Positions 46,050 to 64,000 of a stretch of DNA of 64,000 nt are shown in pieces. The notes beneath the pieces are model-generated. The model made no database searches. It had not been told where the DNA came from and worked only from the letters and a program-made list of their open reading frames with translations. Source of the stretch: Macrostomum lignano (lineage: Eukaryota); NCBI GenBank assembly GCA_002269645.1, contig NIVC01001033.1:1-64000 (forward strand). The letters run 5' to 3'. Positions within the stretch are counted from its first letter, which is position 1; each line of letters starts with the position of its first letter. Both the position numbers and the translations under genes were made by a program.

Positions 46050-48530
46050 ATGGGGACAGTGAGAGGGAGAGGGAGTGAGAGGGAGAGGGAGTGAGAGGGA
46101 GAGGGAGTGAGAGGGAGAGGGAGTGAGAGGGAGAGGGAGTGAGAGGGAGAGGGAGTGAGAGGGAGAGGGAGTGAGAGGGAGAGAGAGTGGGAGGGAGAGA
46201 GAGGGAGAGGGAGAGGGAGTGAGAGGGAGAGGGAGTGAGAGGGAGAGGGAGTGGGAGGGAGAGGGAGGGAGAGGGAGAGGGAGTGAAAGGGATGCAGAGT
46301 GAAGGCGACAGAGTGAGGGAGACAGAGTGAGGGAGAATGAGTGAGGGACACAGAGTGAGGGAGACAAAGTGAGGGAGACAGAGTGAGGGAGAATGAGTGA
46401 GGGAGAATGAGTGAGGGAGAATGAGTGAGGGAGAATGAGTGAGGGAGACAGAGTGAGGGACACAGAGTGAGGGAGACAAAGTGAGGAAGACAGAGTAAGG
46501 GAGACAAAGTGAGGAAGACAGAGTGAGGGAGACAAAGTGAGGAAGACAGAGTGAGGGAGACAGAGTGAGGGAGAATGAGTGACGGAGACAGAGTGAGGGA
46601 GAATGAGTGAGGGAGACAGAGTGAGAGAGAATAAGTGAGGGAGACAAAGTGGGGGAGACAAAGTGAGGGAGACAGAGTGAGGGAGAATGAGTGAGGGAGA
46701 CAGAGTGAGGGAGACAGAGTGACGGAGACAGAGTGACGGAGACAGAGTGAGGGAGACAGAGTGAGGGAGAATGAGTGAGGGAGACAGAGTGAGGGAGACA
46801 GAGTGAGGGAGACAGAGTGAGGGAGAATGAGTGAGGGAGACAGAGTGAGGGAGACAGAGTGACGGAGACAGAGTGACGGAGACAGAGTGAGAGAGAATAA
46901 GTGAGGGAGACAAAGTGAGGGAGACAAAGTGAGGGAGACAAAGTGAGGGAGACAGAGTGAGGGAGAATGAGTGAGGGAGAATGAGTGAGGGAGAATGAGT
47001 GAGGGAGAATGAGTGAGGGAGACAGAGTGAGGGACACAGAGTGAGGGAGACAAAGTGAGGAAGACAGAGTAAGGGAGACAAAGTGAGGAAGACAGAGTGA
47101 GGGAGACAGAGTGAGGGAGAATGAGTGACGGAGACAGAGTGAGGGAGAATGAGTGAGGGAGACAGAGTGAGAGAGAATAAGTGAGGGAGACAAAGTGGGG
47201 GAGACAAAGTGAGGGAGACAGAGTGAGGGAGAATGAGTGAGGGAGACAGAGTGAGGGAGACAGAGTGACGGAGACAGAGTGACGGAGACAGAGTGAGAGA
47301 GAATAAGTGAGGGAGACAAAGTGAGGGAGACAAAGTGAGGGAGACAGAGTGAGGGAGAATGAGTGAGGGAGACAGAGTGAGGGAGACAGAGTGACGGAGA
47401 CAGAGTGACGGAGACAGAGTGAGAGAGAATAAGTGAGGGAGACAAAGTGAGGGAGACAAAGTGAGGGAGACAAAGTGAGGGAGACAGACAGAGACAGACA
47501 GAGACAGACAGAGACAGACAAACAGAGACAGACAGACAGAGGCAGACAGGCAGACAGACAGAGACAGACAGAGACAGACAGAGACAGACAGAGACAGACA
47601 GAGACAGACAGACAGAGACAGACAGAGGCAGACAGAGACAGACAGACAGAGACAGACAGACAGAGACAGACAGACAGACAGAGACAGACAGACAGAGACA
47701 GACAGACAGAGACAGACAGACAGAGACAGACAGACAGAGACAGACAGAGACAGACAGACAGAGACAGACAGACAGACAGAGACAGACTGAGACAGACTGA
47801 GACAGACAGAGACAGACAGAGACAGACAGACAGACAGAGACAGGCAGAGACAGACAGACAGACAGAGACAGGCAGAAACAGACAGACTGAGACAGACTGA
47901 GACAGACAGAGACAGACAGAGACAGACAGACAGAGACAGACAGGCAGACAGACAGAGACAGACAGAGACAGACAGAGACAGACAGAGACAGACAGAGACG
48001 GACAGACAGAGACAGACAGAGGCAGACAGAGACAGACAGAGACAGACAGACAGAGACAGACAGAGACAGACAGAGACAGACAGACAGAGACAGACAGAGA
48101 CAGACAGAGACAGACAGAGACAGACAGAGACAGACAGACAGACAGAGACAGACAGATGCAGACAGAGACAGACAGAGACAGACAGACAGAGACAGACAGA
48201 GGCAGACAGAGACAGACAGAGACAGACAGACAGAGACAGACAGAGGCAGACAGAGACAGACAGAGACAGACAGACAGAGACAGACAGAGACAGACAGAGA
48301 CAGACAGACAGAGACAGACAGAGACAGACAGAGACAGACAGACAGAGACAGACAGAGGCAGACAGAGACAGACAGAGACAGACAGAGACAGACAGACAGA
48401 GACAGACAGAGACAGACAGAGACAGACAGAGACAGACAGACAGAGACAGACAGAGACAGACAGAGACAGACAGACAGAGACAGACAGAGACAGACAGAGA
48501 CAGACAGAGACAGACAGAGGCAGACAGACA
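46050..48530. repeat. Compound purine-rich microsatellite (GAGAGG)n / (GAGACAGAGTGAGG)n / (GACA)n
   Basis: Read directly; source of the spurious 877-902 aa ORFs. Confidence 0.97.
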
Positions 48531-49074
48531 GCAGCCGAGATGACGCGAGATGGCAAGGGGAGCACGAACTGTGGTTGGCGCAGGCTGTGGCAGAAACGGA
48601 GGCTTCACTTTCGTCTTTCGTCCAATCAAGTCTGAGAGTTGTCTGACTCAGCTGTGCTAATTTCAACAGTATTTATGTAGCTACATTGATACCCAACAAA
48701 CAACGCTCCAATTTTGCAGCCCTCCTTTTGACATTTGAAATTTGAAATTTTCGATAGTCAAATACTTAATCCAAAAACTAGGCCAAAAATGCTGAGCCAA
48801 CAACCCGCTAGCCTATCGGCCATAGAAACCATTCCTTCGGACAGTTTCACGGTTGCTATTGGAGCAACTGTCCGGCTGCTCTGCCTAGTAAACATTTCCT
48901 TTGTTCTGCCGGACACTGTCCGTTGGAGACTCGGTGGTATTGACAGGTGACGATTTGTTTATTTTGATCGGTTGCATTCTGTGATTTATGCTAGTTTTCA
49001 TTTGCGCCTTATATAAGGATGACCAAGTTTCAAGGCACAGTGTGTGTATACTGGTTGATTCTAATGTTAAAGGG

Positions 49075-49880
49075 GGAGTGCTGAGACGCCAGCACTTAAA
49101 AGGAGCTGGGACTTCAAGGAGTGCTGAGACTTCAAGGAGTGCTGAGAGTCCAAAAAGTGCTGAGACGTCAAGGAGTGCTGAGACTTCAAGAAGCGCTGAG
49201 ACTCCAAGGAGTGCTGAGACTTCAAGGAGCGCTGAGACTCCAAAAAGTGCTGAGACGTCAAAGAGTGCTGAGACTTCAAGAAGCGCTGAGACTCCAAGGA
49301 GTGCTGAGACTTCAAGGAGTGCTGAGACTTCAAGGAGTGCTGAGACTTCAAGGAGTGCTGAGACTTCAAGGAGTGCTGAGACTTCAAGGAGTGCTGAGAC
49401 TTCAAGAAGCGCTGAGACTCCAAGGAGTGCTGAGACTTCAAGGAGTGCTGAGACTTCAAGGAGTGCTGAGACTTCAAGGAGTGCTGAGACTTCAAGGAGT
49501 GCTGAGACTTCAAGGAGTGCTGAGACTTCACTCTTAAGACTGAGACTTCAAGGAGTGCTGAGATTCCAAGGAGGGCTGAGACTTCAAGGAGTGCTGAGAC
49601 TTCAAGGAGTGCTGAGACTTCAAGGAGTGCTGAGACTTCAAGGAGTGCTGAGACTTCAAGGAGTGCTGAGACTTCAAGGAGTGCTGAGACTTCACTCTTA
49701 AGACTGAGACTTCAAGGAGTGCTGAGATTCCAAGGAGGGCTGAGACTTCAAGGAGTGCTGAGACTTCAAGGAGTGCTGAGACTTCAAGGAGTGCTGAGAC
49801 TTCAAGGAGTGCTGAGACTTCAAGGAGGGCTGAGACTTCAAGGAGTGCTGAAACTTCAAGGAGTGCTGAGACTTCACTCC
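49075..49880. repeat. 18-bp minisatellite (GAGTGCTGAGACTTCAAG)
   Basis: About 44 units. Confidence 0.95.
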
Positions 49881-50749
49881 TAAGACTGAGACTTCAAGGA
49901 GAATACAGTACGCTCAAGATGTGATGATTGTTAGTCGTTGCCTACGAGTTCCTCACAAAAGTAAATAAAGTCGCGTATCAATGGCTCAAGCTGAATATAC
50001 AGATAGCAAAGTTCGATTTTTAGATTAAAAACTCTGACGTGCTAATCTCAAAATCTTCATTCTTAATCCCTTCATTCTCAATTTAAAGTTCTATCACTCC
50101 TCACTGACCCAATTCATAGCCAGTCGAGTCTAAACGCCGTAACCTACATATCGGTGGACCGGCCTGCATATCACGTGACCCGATTAACTATCGATCGAAT
50201 GCCGCCCAGCCTAATCGGTTTGTACACCTGCTAAGGTGCGGCCAGATTAGTCACCTCGTCGGCGGCTAATAAGAAGTTTTCAGCCAGCGTTCGACTTCAA
50301 CTAGAAGCGGATCCTCGCACCGGGTCAACGGACTTAACTCAGCCATGGTGGCGTCTTGGCGGTGTCGGACGAACTTCAATAGTTCTAGCCGCTTCCGTAG
50401 CCGTTCTAGCAATGGCCGGAGTTGTAGTCCTTGCTTTGGCGGCCTCCCGGCTGTTGGCAAGTCGGCAACGACCGCAGGCTGTGGTGCGCCGGCGACGGGC
50501 CAAATGCTTGCCCCCGTCGTACGAAAGTTCCACTGCTCTGCCAGACTGGGGACAACCGCCGCCACGATTCTCCGAGCTGTATCCGGCTGCCGGTGGGACC
50601 CTGGACACCGGAGAGGATGCGTAGCTGACTACACTAACCCGTTGGTGTTGATCTTGGTCATTTCGAATGTTACACGCAGCTGCATGTGAATTTTACAAAT
50701 GAGTTGAGAATACCTAACAACATGCATGTCGTACTTTGGACGAAGTGGA

Positions 50750-51528
50750 CCTCACTCCCTGCACCCATTTGCACCCACCTCACTCCCTGCACCCACCTCA
50801 CTCCCTGAACCCACCTCACTCCCTGCACCCACCTCACTCCCTGCACCCATTTGCACCCACCTCACTCCCTGCACCCACCTCACTCCCTGAACCCACCTCA
50901 CTCCCTGCACCCACCTCACTCCCTGCACCCACCTCATTCCCTGAACCCACCTCACTCCCTGCACCCACCTCACTCCCTGAACCCACCTCACTCCCTGCAC
51001 CCACCTCACTCCCTGCACCCACCTCACTCCCTGAACCCACCTCACTCCCTGCACCCACCTCACTCCCTGAACCCACCTCACTCCCTGCACCCACCTCACT
51101 CCCTGAACCCACCTCACTCCCTGCACCCACCTCACTCCCTGAACCCACCTCACTCCCTGCACCCACCTCACTCCCTGAACCCACCTCACTCCCTGCACCC
51201 ACCCAACTCCCTGCACCCATTTGCACCCACCTCACTCCCTGCATCCACCTCACTCCCTGCACCCACCTCACTCCCTGCACCCACCCCACTCCCTGCACCC
51301 ATTTGCACTCACCTCACTCCCTGCACCCATTTGCACCCACCTCACTCCCTGCACCTACCTCACTCCCTGCACCCACCCCACTCCCTGCACCCACTTCACT
51401 CCCTGCACCCATTTGCACTCACCTCACTCCCTGCACCTACCTCACTCCCTGCACCCACCTCACTCCCTGCACTCACCTCACTCCCTGCACCCACCTCACT
51501 CCCTGCACCCACCTCACTCCTTGTACCC
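50750..51528. repeat. 18-bp minisatellite, C-rich on + strand (CACCCACCTCACTCCCTG)
   Basis: Reverse complement of the 52434-56100 array. Confidence 0.95.
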
Positions 51529-52211
51529 AAACTACCCCTTATCCTTCCTCACTGGAGCGTCAACTCTCTCAATTTTAACTTTTCAACAAGCAATCAATCG
51601 TATGCCTAGCTTACATATTAACCTAAAGCTTTAATTTTAGCATGTAAATGTAGGCAAAGATCCCTATTGCGTCATCTGTTGGATGCATAGAAAAATATTG
51701 ATAATAAAACATCCTTAGAAGATTTACCTCATTTAGCTTTTTCAATGCACAGTGCAGTAAAAATTCAGTTTAAACCGTTTATTTCATTACTTCTGTATAC
51801 TCTCATATGCAGTATTGTATAATATATTAACATTGTTATTAGTTACAATTTGTAATTTCGAAAAAAAAATGATTTATGATAATCTATATTTATCTCGAAT
51901 GCCAGCGCAACTACTAGTATTCCATTTTATCATTAATCAACAACATATACAAGCATATAAAATGTAAGTAGGGATCGCTAGATCTTCTGCTTTACCAGTC
52001 TATGACGATGAAACTAAGTGCTATAACAAAGGGGTCCCCACCCTTAAAGACAGTTAGACATTTAGTATATGTGGATTATATTGCAATGCATACATGTAGC
52101 AATAATAATTTATTGTCTCGTTCAATAATGTTTATCGAAATTGTAATTCTCGTACTGAATAAAAGCAGACGATTTTCTAACGATTCATCTTCGATCCTTA
52201 TACAGCAGGTA

Positions 52212-58830
<6,619 letters not shown>

Positions 58831-59678
58831 GCCTGTGTTTCGAATTCGAATGAAGTGTCCGGCTGAGAAGAGGAGAATTTCAAATGGAAGAAATGTCTAG
58901 GTATTTGTATATATATAAATGTATAAAAACTATTATGAATATATCAGCTTTTCTAGCAAATGTTGCTGTAATACCTTATAAGCTTGCTTACCTTCACCGA
59001 ACTTTCCACACTGATCCAATCGCTTGCACCCTCTTCTCTGCCCTCGCCTCTCTCCCTGTCTCTCCCTCTCCTCTCTCATTTCCCCTCTTACTTGCCACCG
59101 CCCAATGGCACCCCTTGCGACTTTTCCTTCATTTCTCTTGGCCAGAACGCTATAGTTCAGGGGTAGCTATAGCCAACAAAAAATTAGTTAGAAACGTACT
59201 GAAGGGGAAAATTGAATTGGCACAGTCATATACAGCCATGCCCAACAGGTCGGCATTACAGCCATCAATTACTTGCCCAACTGACCCTTAAATCCCGGTA
59301 TCCCAGACTTTTTCAAGCGGATGATCGGTTTGCACCTTGCATCCAAGTGGCTTTTTAAACTGATAAAAGTTGCTATCCAAATCCAGGGGGTTGTTGTGTG
59401 ATTCGCACCCATGAGGGCCAACCACCATAACGCAGAGAGTGCACATGCGTAGCGAATAGAAAGTCAAAGGGTCGCTGTACACCCTGTGTGAGCGTGTGCA
59501 TGAGTGCGTGCCCACTCGCAAATATTTATTTGCAAACGAAATCACTTTTCAGGCAGAGCTATCTTGATCCCTTATTTATTTCCTAGATAATCTAAACGGA
59601 CGCCCCTTGTATCTTAAATTCAGCAAAGCTATAGCTAGCAATCTCTAAAAAATCAATATTACGCTCGTCATGGTAGAT

Positions 59679-60042
59679 TTTTTATTAGTATTAGAGGCAG
59701 AGGGGTTGTGTGCACCCTGGCGCACTTTAAGCGACATGGGCACACAACCGGCGAGAGGCATTACTGCCCATTCCGCCGACTCCCCTGAGCAGGCATACAA
59801 GCGCGCGGATACGTACGCAGGCACACACTCACACAGGAGTGTACAGCGGCCCTAACTTTATTTTATCGTTAGGCATGTACACTTCACTGCGCCTTGGGGG
59901 GTTGGCTTTCAAGGCCGTTAATTGCACGAGCAGAGCCAAGCCGAGATTCCAATTCAGCCCCAAATTAATGTGACTGCACTTGGAATCGAGCCTGGGTCGC
60001 TGGCACACCAGAGCAGCTGCGCTACCGCTGGGCTACAGCCCC
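59679..60042 (-). mobile_element. Full-length SINE, family A
   Basis: Near-identical to 42213-42582; degenerate 15-bp TSD CTCGTCATGGTAGAT / CTCGTAATGATAGAT. Confidence 0.88.
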
Positions 60043-60342
60043 CCTCGTAATGATAGATACCCCGTCAGTAACATGCGAGGATTATAACAAAATATTCATA
60101 TAAGCCTTCAGTCAGGCTAAGTTGGCACGCAAAGCAGGGACAAATCGACTAATGCTTGCCGTATGGCGAACTGCGCTCGAGACTAAATCAATCAATAGAG
60201 AGGACTGCCATTCCAGCGTACTTTGTAGTTTCCGCCAGTCAACGGTTGGTCGCTTTGACTATAAAGCAGTGACCTTGACGTGATTAAACTCAATTGTTTC
60301 ACCGCCATTTCGCGCCTGCTGCGCAAATATTCTCTGTTGCTG

Positions 60343-60383
<41 letters not shown>

Positions 60384-61299
60384 CCGCCAGTGTAGTGGAT
60401 TAGGCTTAGGCATGCACAAGTAACCTGCCGTCTGGCTGCGTCTACTGCAGACGCCACTTTGACAGCGATGACAGCAAATAGTACGCTCGTAATATTTGCT
60501 GTCATTCTATCAATCAATTTACCAGACTATCAGTACATCCTGAGCACATCCAAGCGCTGCATGCTACCCAAATTACACTCACAATGGGAATAGCAAATGC
60601 CAATCCAATAATGTATGCTTTATTTAAAATTCACAATTGCTAGACATGATGTTAGACAAAAAGACAAGACCATACGATTTTACGAAGAAAGTATGCAATT
60701 ATTGTTGAGATTTCGGTGTACTGAACACGGGCCCTTAAAAGAGTACTGAGTGTAAAAGTTTTTTCCAGCCGTTTGACTCAAGTCAGCCAACCGCAACAAG
60801 AGAAAAGTGAGGTTGCCACACAAATGAATGGAAACATGATAGTTGGAGAGAATAGAAGAAGATCTTGAAAGGCAAAGAAGATCTAGATTCCATCGATCTA
60901 AACTGCTTCTATTTTGCGTTTCCTGAGCTGCATTTCATTTTTTGCTCTTTTCTGTTCAAAGCTAACTAGAAACATTGCTTCATCTCCATTCCTGCATTAC
61001 TCATTCATGCTCTTACAAGAGTTGAAGGCACAAGTTTTTAACGTGCTTTGCACAAGCGAAGTGAAAAAAACTAAGTCACATAGTTTTCAACGAGTCTACA
61101 CGGCACGATAGAACATAATTATAGTTGATTAATTCTGTAATATATGCACTTAGTTTCTGCACTACTGTTAGTAGTCTTTGCTTGAAAAAAAAAACATTAG
61201 TGCTTCGGTTGGATAAGAAGTTCGTGCGATTGTATTCACAGGTATGGAAATTAGGGCAAAACCAGCAAAATGGTTACTATCTCAAACTTGGACAGGACA

Positions 61300-61740
61300 G
61301 GACCCTACCATGACTCGTTGCATTTCTTGGGGTTGGGGTCACTCTTGACAAGGATCTTAACTTTAGACAACACATATCGAGAACAGCAGGAATCACCATC
61401 GCCAAGCTTGATTTCCCAACTGTCGCTCCGGCTCTTGTACAGGTCGTACATCGAGGGTCCTATGACCTACTGGGCGCCTGTACACATCAACGCTCCGGAT
61501 GCTCTCTTGCAGAAGCTTCAGCTTCTCCAAAATCAGGCTCTCAAAATCGTTCTTGGTGCACCTAGATAAAAGAAAATGTGCTATTTACATGATGCCACCA
61601 AGATTCCCAGGTTCAAGGAGAAAATCTGGAACCTGGGCTTAAGGTGGTACAAGAAAGTAGTTCTCACAGGGTTCACAACCTTGACCTGGACCTAAAAGAC
61701 TGGAGCAGACCGGGATACAGAGAACCAGTTATGAGAAAAC
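61300..61740 (+). mobile_element. Degenerate LINE fragment (RT thumb / C-terminal region)
   Basis: GVTLDKDLNFRQHI, LYRSYIEGPMTYWAPV, LQKLQLLQNQALKIVLGAP, LHDATKIP with stops and frameshifts. Confidence 0.75.
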
Positions 61741-62183
61741 TGATAACTGAGTTTTAATTGCTTAATTCACATTACGTACCTGATTATTTATGATTTTTTA
61801 ATTTCTTCCTCTAATATTCTCGTCTAAAAATCGGAATATTATAAAGTATTTTATTTTACTCCAAAATCGAACTAAAAAAAAACTTTATTAGCGTATGAGC
61901 CCAGTTAGGGCTGAGGCGCTAGAACTAAGCAAAGAAATAAAGAAGAAAAACCAGCAAAATGGCTACTATTACATAGTTCTAAGTATAAAAAACTAAGTAT
62001 TTATTAAGTATGACATGTCCAAAGTTTAGCAATTGTCGTAAGGTCCAGGTCACTATTAGCAACACAGACTGTTAAGAACCTCAACTATTACATCGATTCC
62101 ATTGAAAGATCGTCCGTCTCTTTAAACTTATCATACATGCAGCTCTCGTTTCTGTGACGCATCGCCTTAGCAAGTGCGGTTAT

Positions 62184-64000
62184 TCAAGCCTCAATCATTT
62201 CCGAATCGATTGTTGCCTGCGAGCCAGCAGAATCGCCGCGTGCTTTGTACCGGATAATACGAAATGAGCAGCACCGACGCCTGACCACGATTATTACTAT
62301 TACTAGCAGGACTAGCACTAGGAAGACCCCACAAGAGAGCGAGACTATTAATATCAAACTTAACTGATGGCTTTCTGGAGCAGAGTATGACGTGGTGACG
62401 CTGACGGTTGAATCTGATTGGCTGGAAGGGTATGAAACTGAACTTGTAACGATGCTTGAAGCTGATTGGCTGGAAGGGTACGAAATTGAACTTGTAACGA
62501 TGCTTGAAGCTGATTGGCTGGTTGGCTGAATGGAAGACGCAGTGGCAGCGCTAGATCCACTGCAATTCTCTGGCAGAGTAAAGTTGAACACAGACTGTCC
62601 GGCAAGTTGCGGCGGTCCGGCGCAGAGCCATCTGGTCAAATCGGGAATTCGCTCTCTCACCCCGCTGTTGTGCAGAGCCAGTCTAAGCCAGGCGAGCTCG
62701 CAGTCGCATCTGAACGGATTCCCGGCCGCTTTCAGCCATTCGAAACTGCTGCCGTTAAATTGGAGCAACATTGGCAACGGATTGACCGAGGCTCCGTCCG
62801 TTCCACCGATGGTAGTCAGGCGCGACGAGGACACGTCCAGCTGGACTAGCTTAGCTGGCATCGGGCCAGCCCAGCCCGTCAGTGGCGTCGCAGCCATAGA
62901 CAGTCGGCGGAGTTTGTCCAATCCGGCCAACGTTTGAGGTGACAGGTGCGAAATCGACGAACCATCTAAGATCAGGTCGGTCAAGTAGCCGCCGACTCCA
63001 GCCAGAGCGCCGTCTTCGATGTGCAGCAAGCCCGGACAGTTGGCCAAGTCTAGGAGACTCAACCTGGGAAGACGACCCGCCGGTAGCAGGTCCGCTGACA
63101 GGCGAGTCAGACCGGCTGATGCTCGCAGGAACAGCGAGATGAAACGGTTAGAAAACTTTGTGGACTGAAATAAATAAGGATTAGGTTGGGATGTTTTTGT
63201 GTAGTTACTCTGGAAAGTAAACCGTCACTTGGGGGTTGGGGGTCGCTATGGATTTCATGGTGAAGGGGGACAAGGCCAAGAAATCTACAAAACTAAATTC
63301 CTACATTGTTTTCAGAATCGGTGTCGTTAGCACTCATTTTGGCGCCGCAGGCACTCATTTTGGCGCTGCAGACACTCATTTGGCGCCGCAGGCACTCATT
63401 TTGGCGCCGCAGGCATTCATTTTGGCGCCGCAGGCACTCCTTTTGGCGCCGCAGGCACTCATTTTGGCGCCGCAGGCACTCATTTTGGCGCCGCAGGCAT
63501 TCATTTTGGCGCCGCAGGCACTCATTTTGGCGCCGCAGGCACTCATTTTGGCGCCGCAGGCACTCATTTTGGCGCCGCAGGCACTCAGACATTGGCATGC
63601 CCCGCCCTTAGTTTCTAGGGGGGGGGGGCATGGGGGATCTTGATGGGGGATTAGAAATGCAGTATTATCTCAAAGCTAAAGACTTTACCTGAAACAGTTC
63701 GATCAGATTTTCTCCTGTAACTGAGTTGTCGCTTAGGTCCAGGCTCCTCAAAGTTTGCGCCAGATCTGTCAGTGTTCTGTTCTCAATGCACTGCAGACTC
63801 ACTGAGCTCATCTTTAGACTAGACAGATCTTTGCTGTTCTTCAAATTTGCGAACACCTTCCGAGATAGGGTCGGCCACTGATTGCCGCTCAATGAGACGA
63901 CTGTGAGCTCGGCGCAGTGCAGGTAGGAGTCCGGAAAGACCTCATTATTGATTTGATTATCGTCCAAAATCAGTCGCTGCAATTTTGGCGCAAACTGGCA
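62184..64000 (-). CDS. Type I transmembrane leucine-rich repeat protein (LRR + LRRCT + S/T stalk + TM), 5' partial
   Basis: Exons >64000-63689 and 63164-62184, phase 0. LxxLxLxxN repeats, GNPFRCDCELAWL...CAGP (LRRCT), Ser-rich repeats, TM LILIVSLSCGVFLVLVLLVIVIIVV followed by RRRCC. Confidence 0.88.
63335..63585. repeat. 21-bp minisatellite (GGCGCCGCAGGCACTCATTTT) in the LRR gene intron
   Basis: About 12 units. Confidence 0.93.

Overview
Repeat-rich animal genomic DNA. GC-rich exons, introns filled with minisatellites and very short introns resemble the flatworm Macrostomum lignano (inference, not proven). Seven protein-coding genes were reconstructed by hand from splice sites and reading frames: a HOOK/NuMA-type CH-domain coiled-coil protein (-, runs off the left edge), PAICS (-, 4 exons, 427 aa), an SFT2-family protein (+, 3 exons, 162 aa), an aldehyde oxidase/xanthine dehydrogenase-family molybdoflavoenzyme (+, 14 exons, 1297 aa, one GC-AG intron), a secreted C-type lectin with a probable PAN/apple-like tail (+), an ncs-2-like neuronal calcium sensor (-, 3 exons, 198 aa) and a type I LRR membrane protein (-, runs off the right edge). 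The main discovery is in the 4.2-kb intron 2 of PAICS: a sense-strand polycistronic array of 8 box C/D snoRNA copies interleaved with 5 box H/ACA snoRNA copies. The C/D RNA is a double guide whose antisense elements match the 18S sites equivalent to human Gm436 and Am468, and the copies sit in external stems that covary. Also present are a 297-bp MITE (14-bp TIR, 8-bp TSD) carrying a degenerate copy of the 28S rRNA R2/homing-endonuclease target region, with a related module inside the same PAICS intron; a nested mariner/hAT/MULE/SINE cluster; two tRNA-derived SINE families; an inverted pair of 18-bp minisatellite arrays around the last ncs-2 exon; and kilobase stretches with no CpG visible by eye. 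Several single-base frameshifts fall in homopolymers and look like long-read assembly errors. Most long ORFs in the supplied track are artefacts of tandem repeats.
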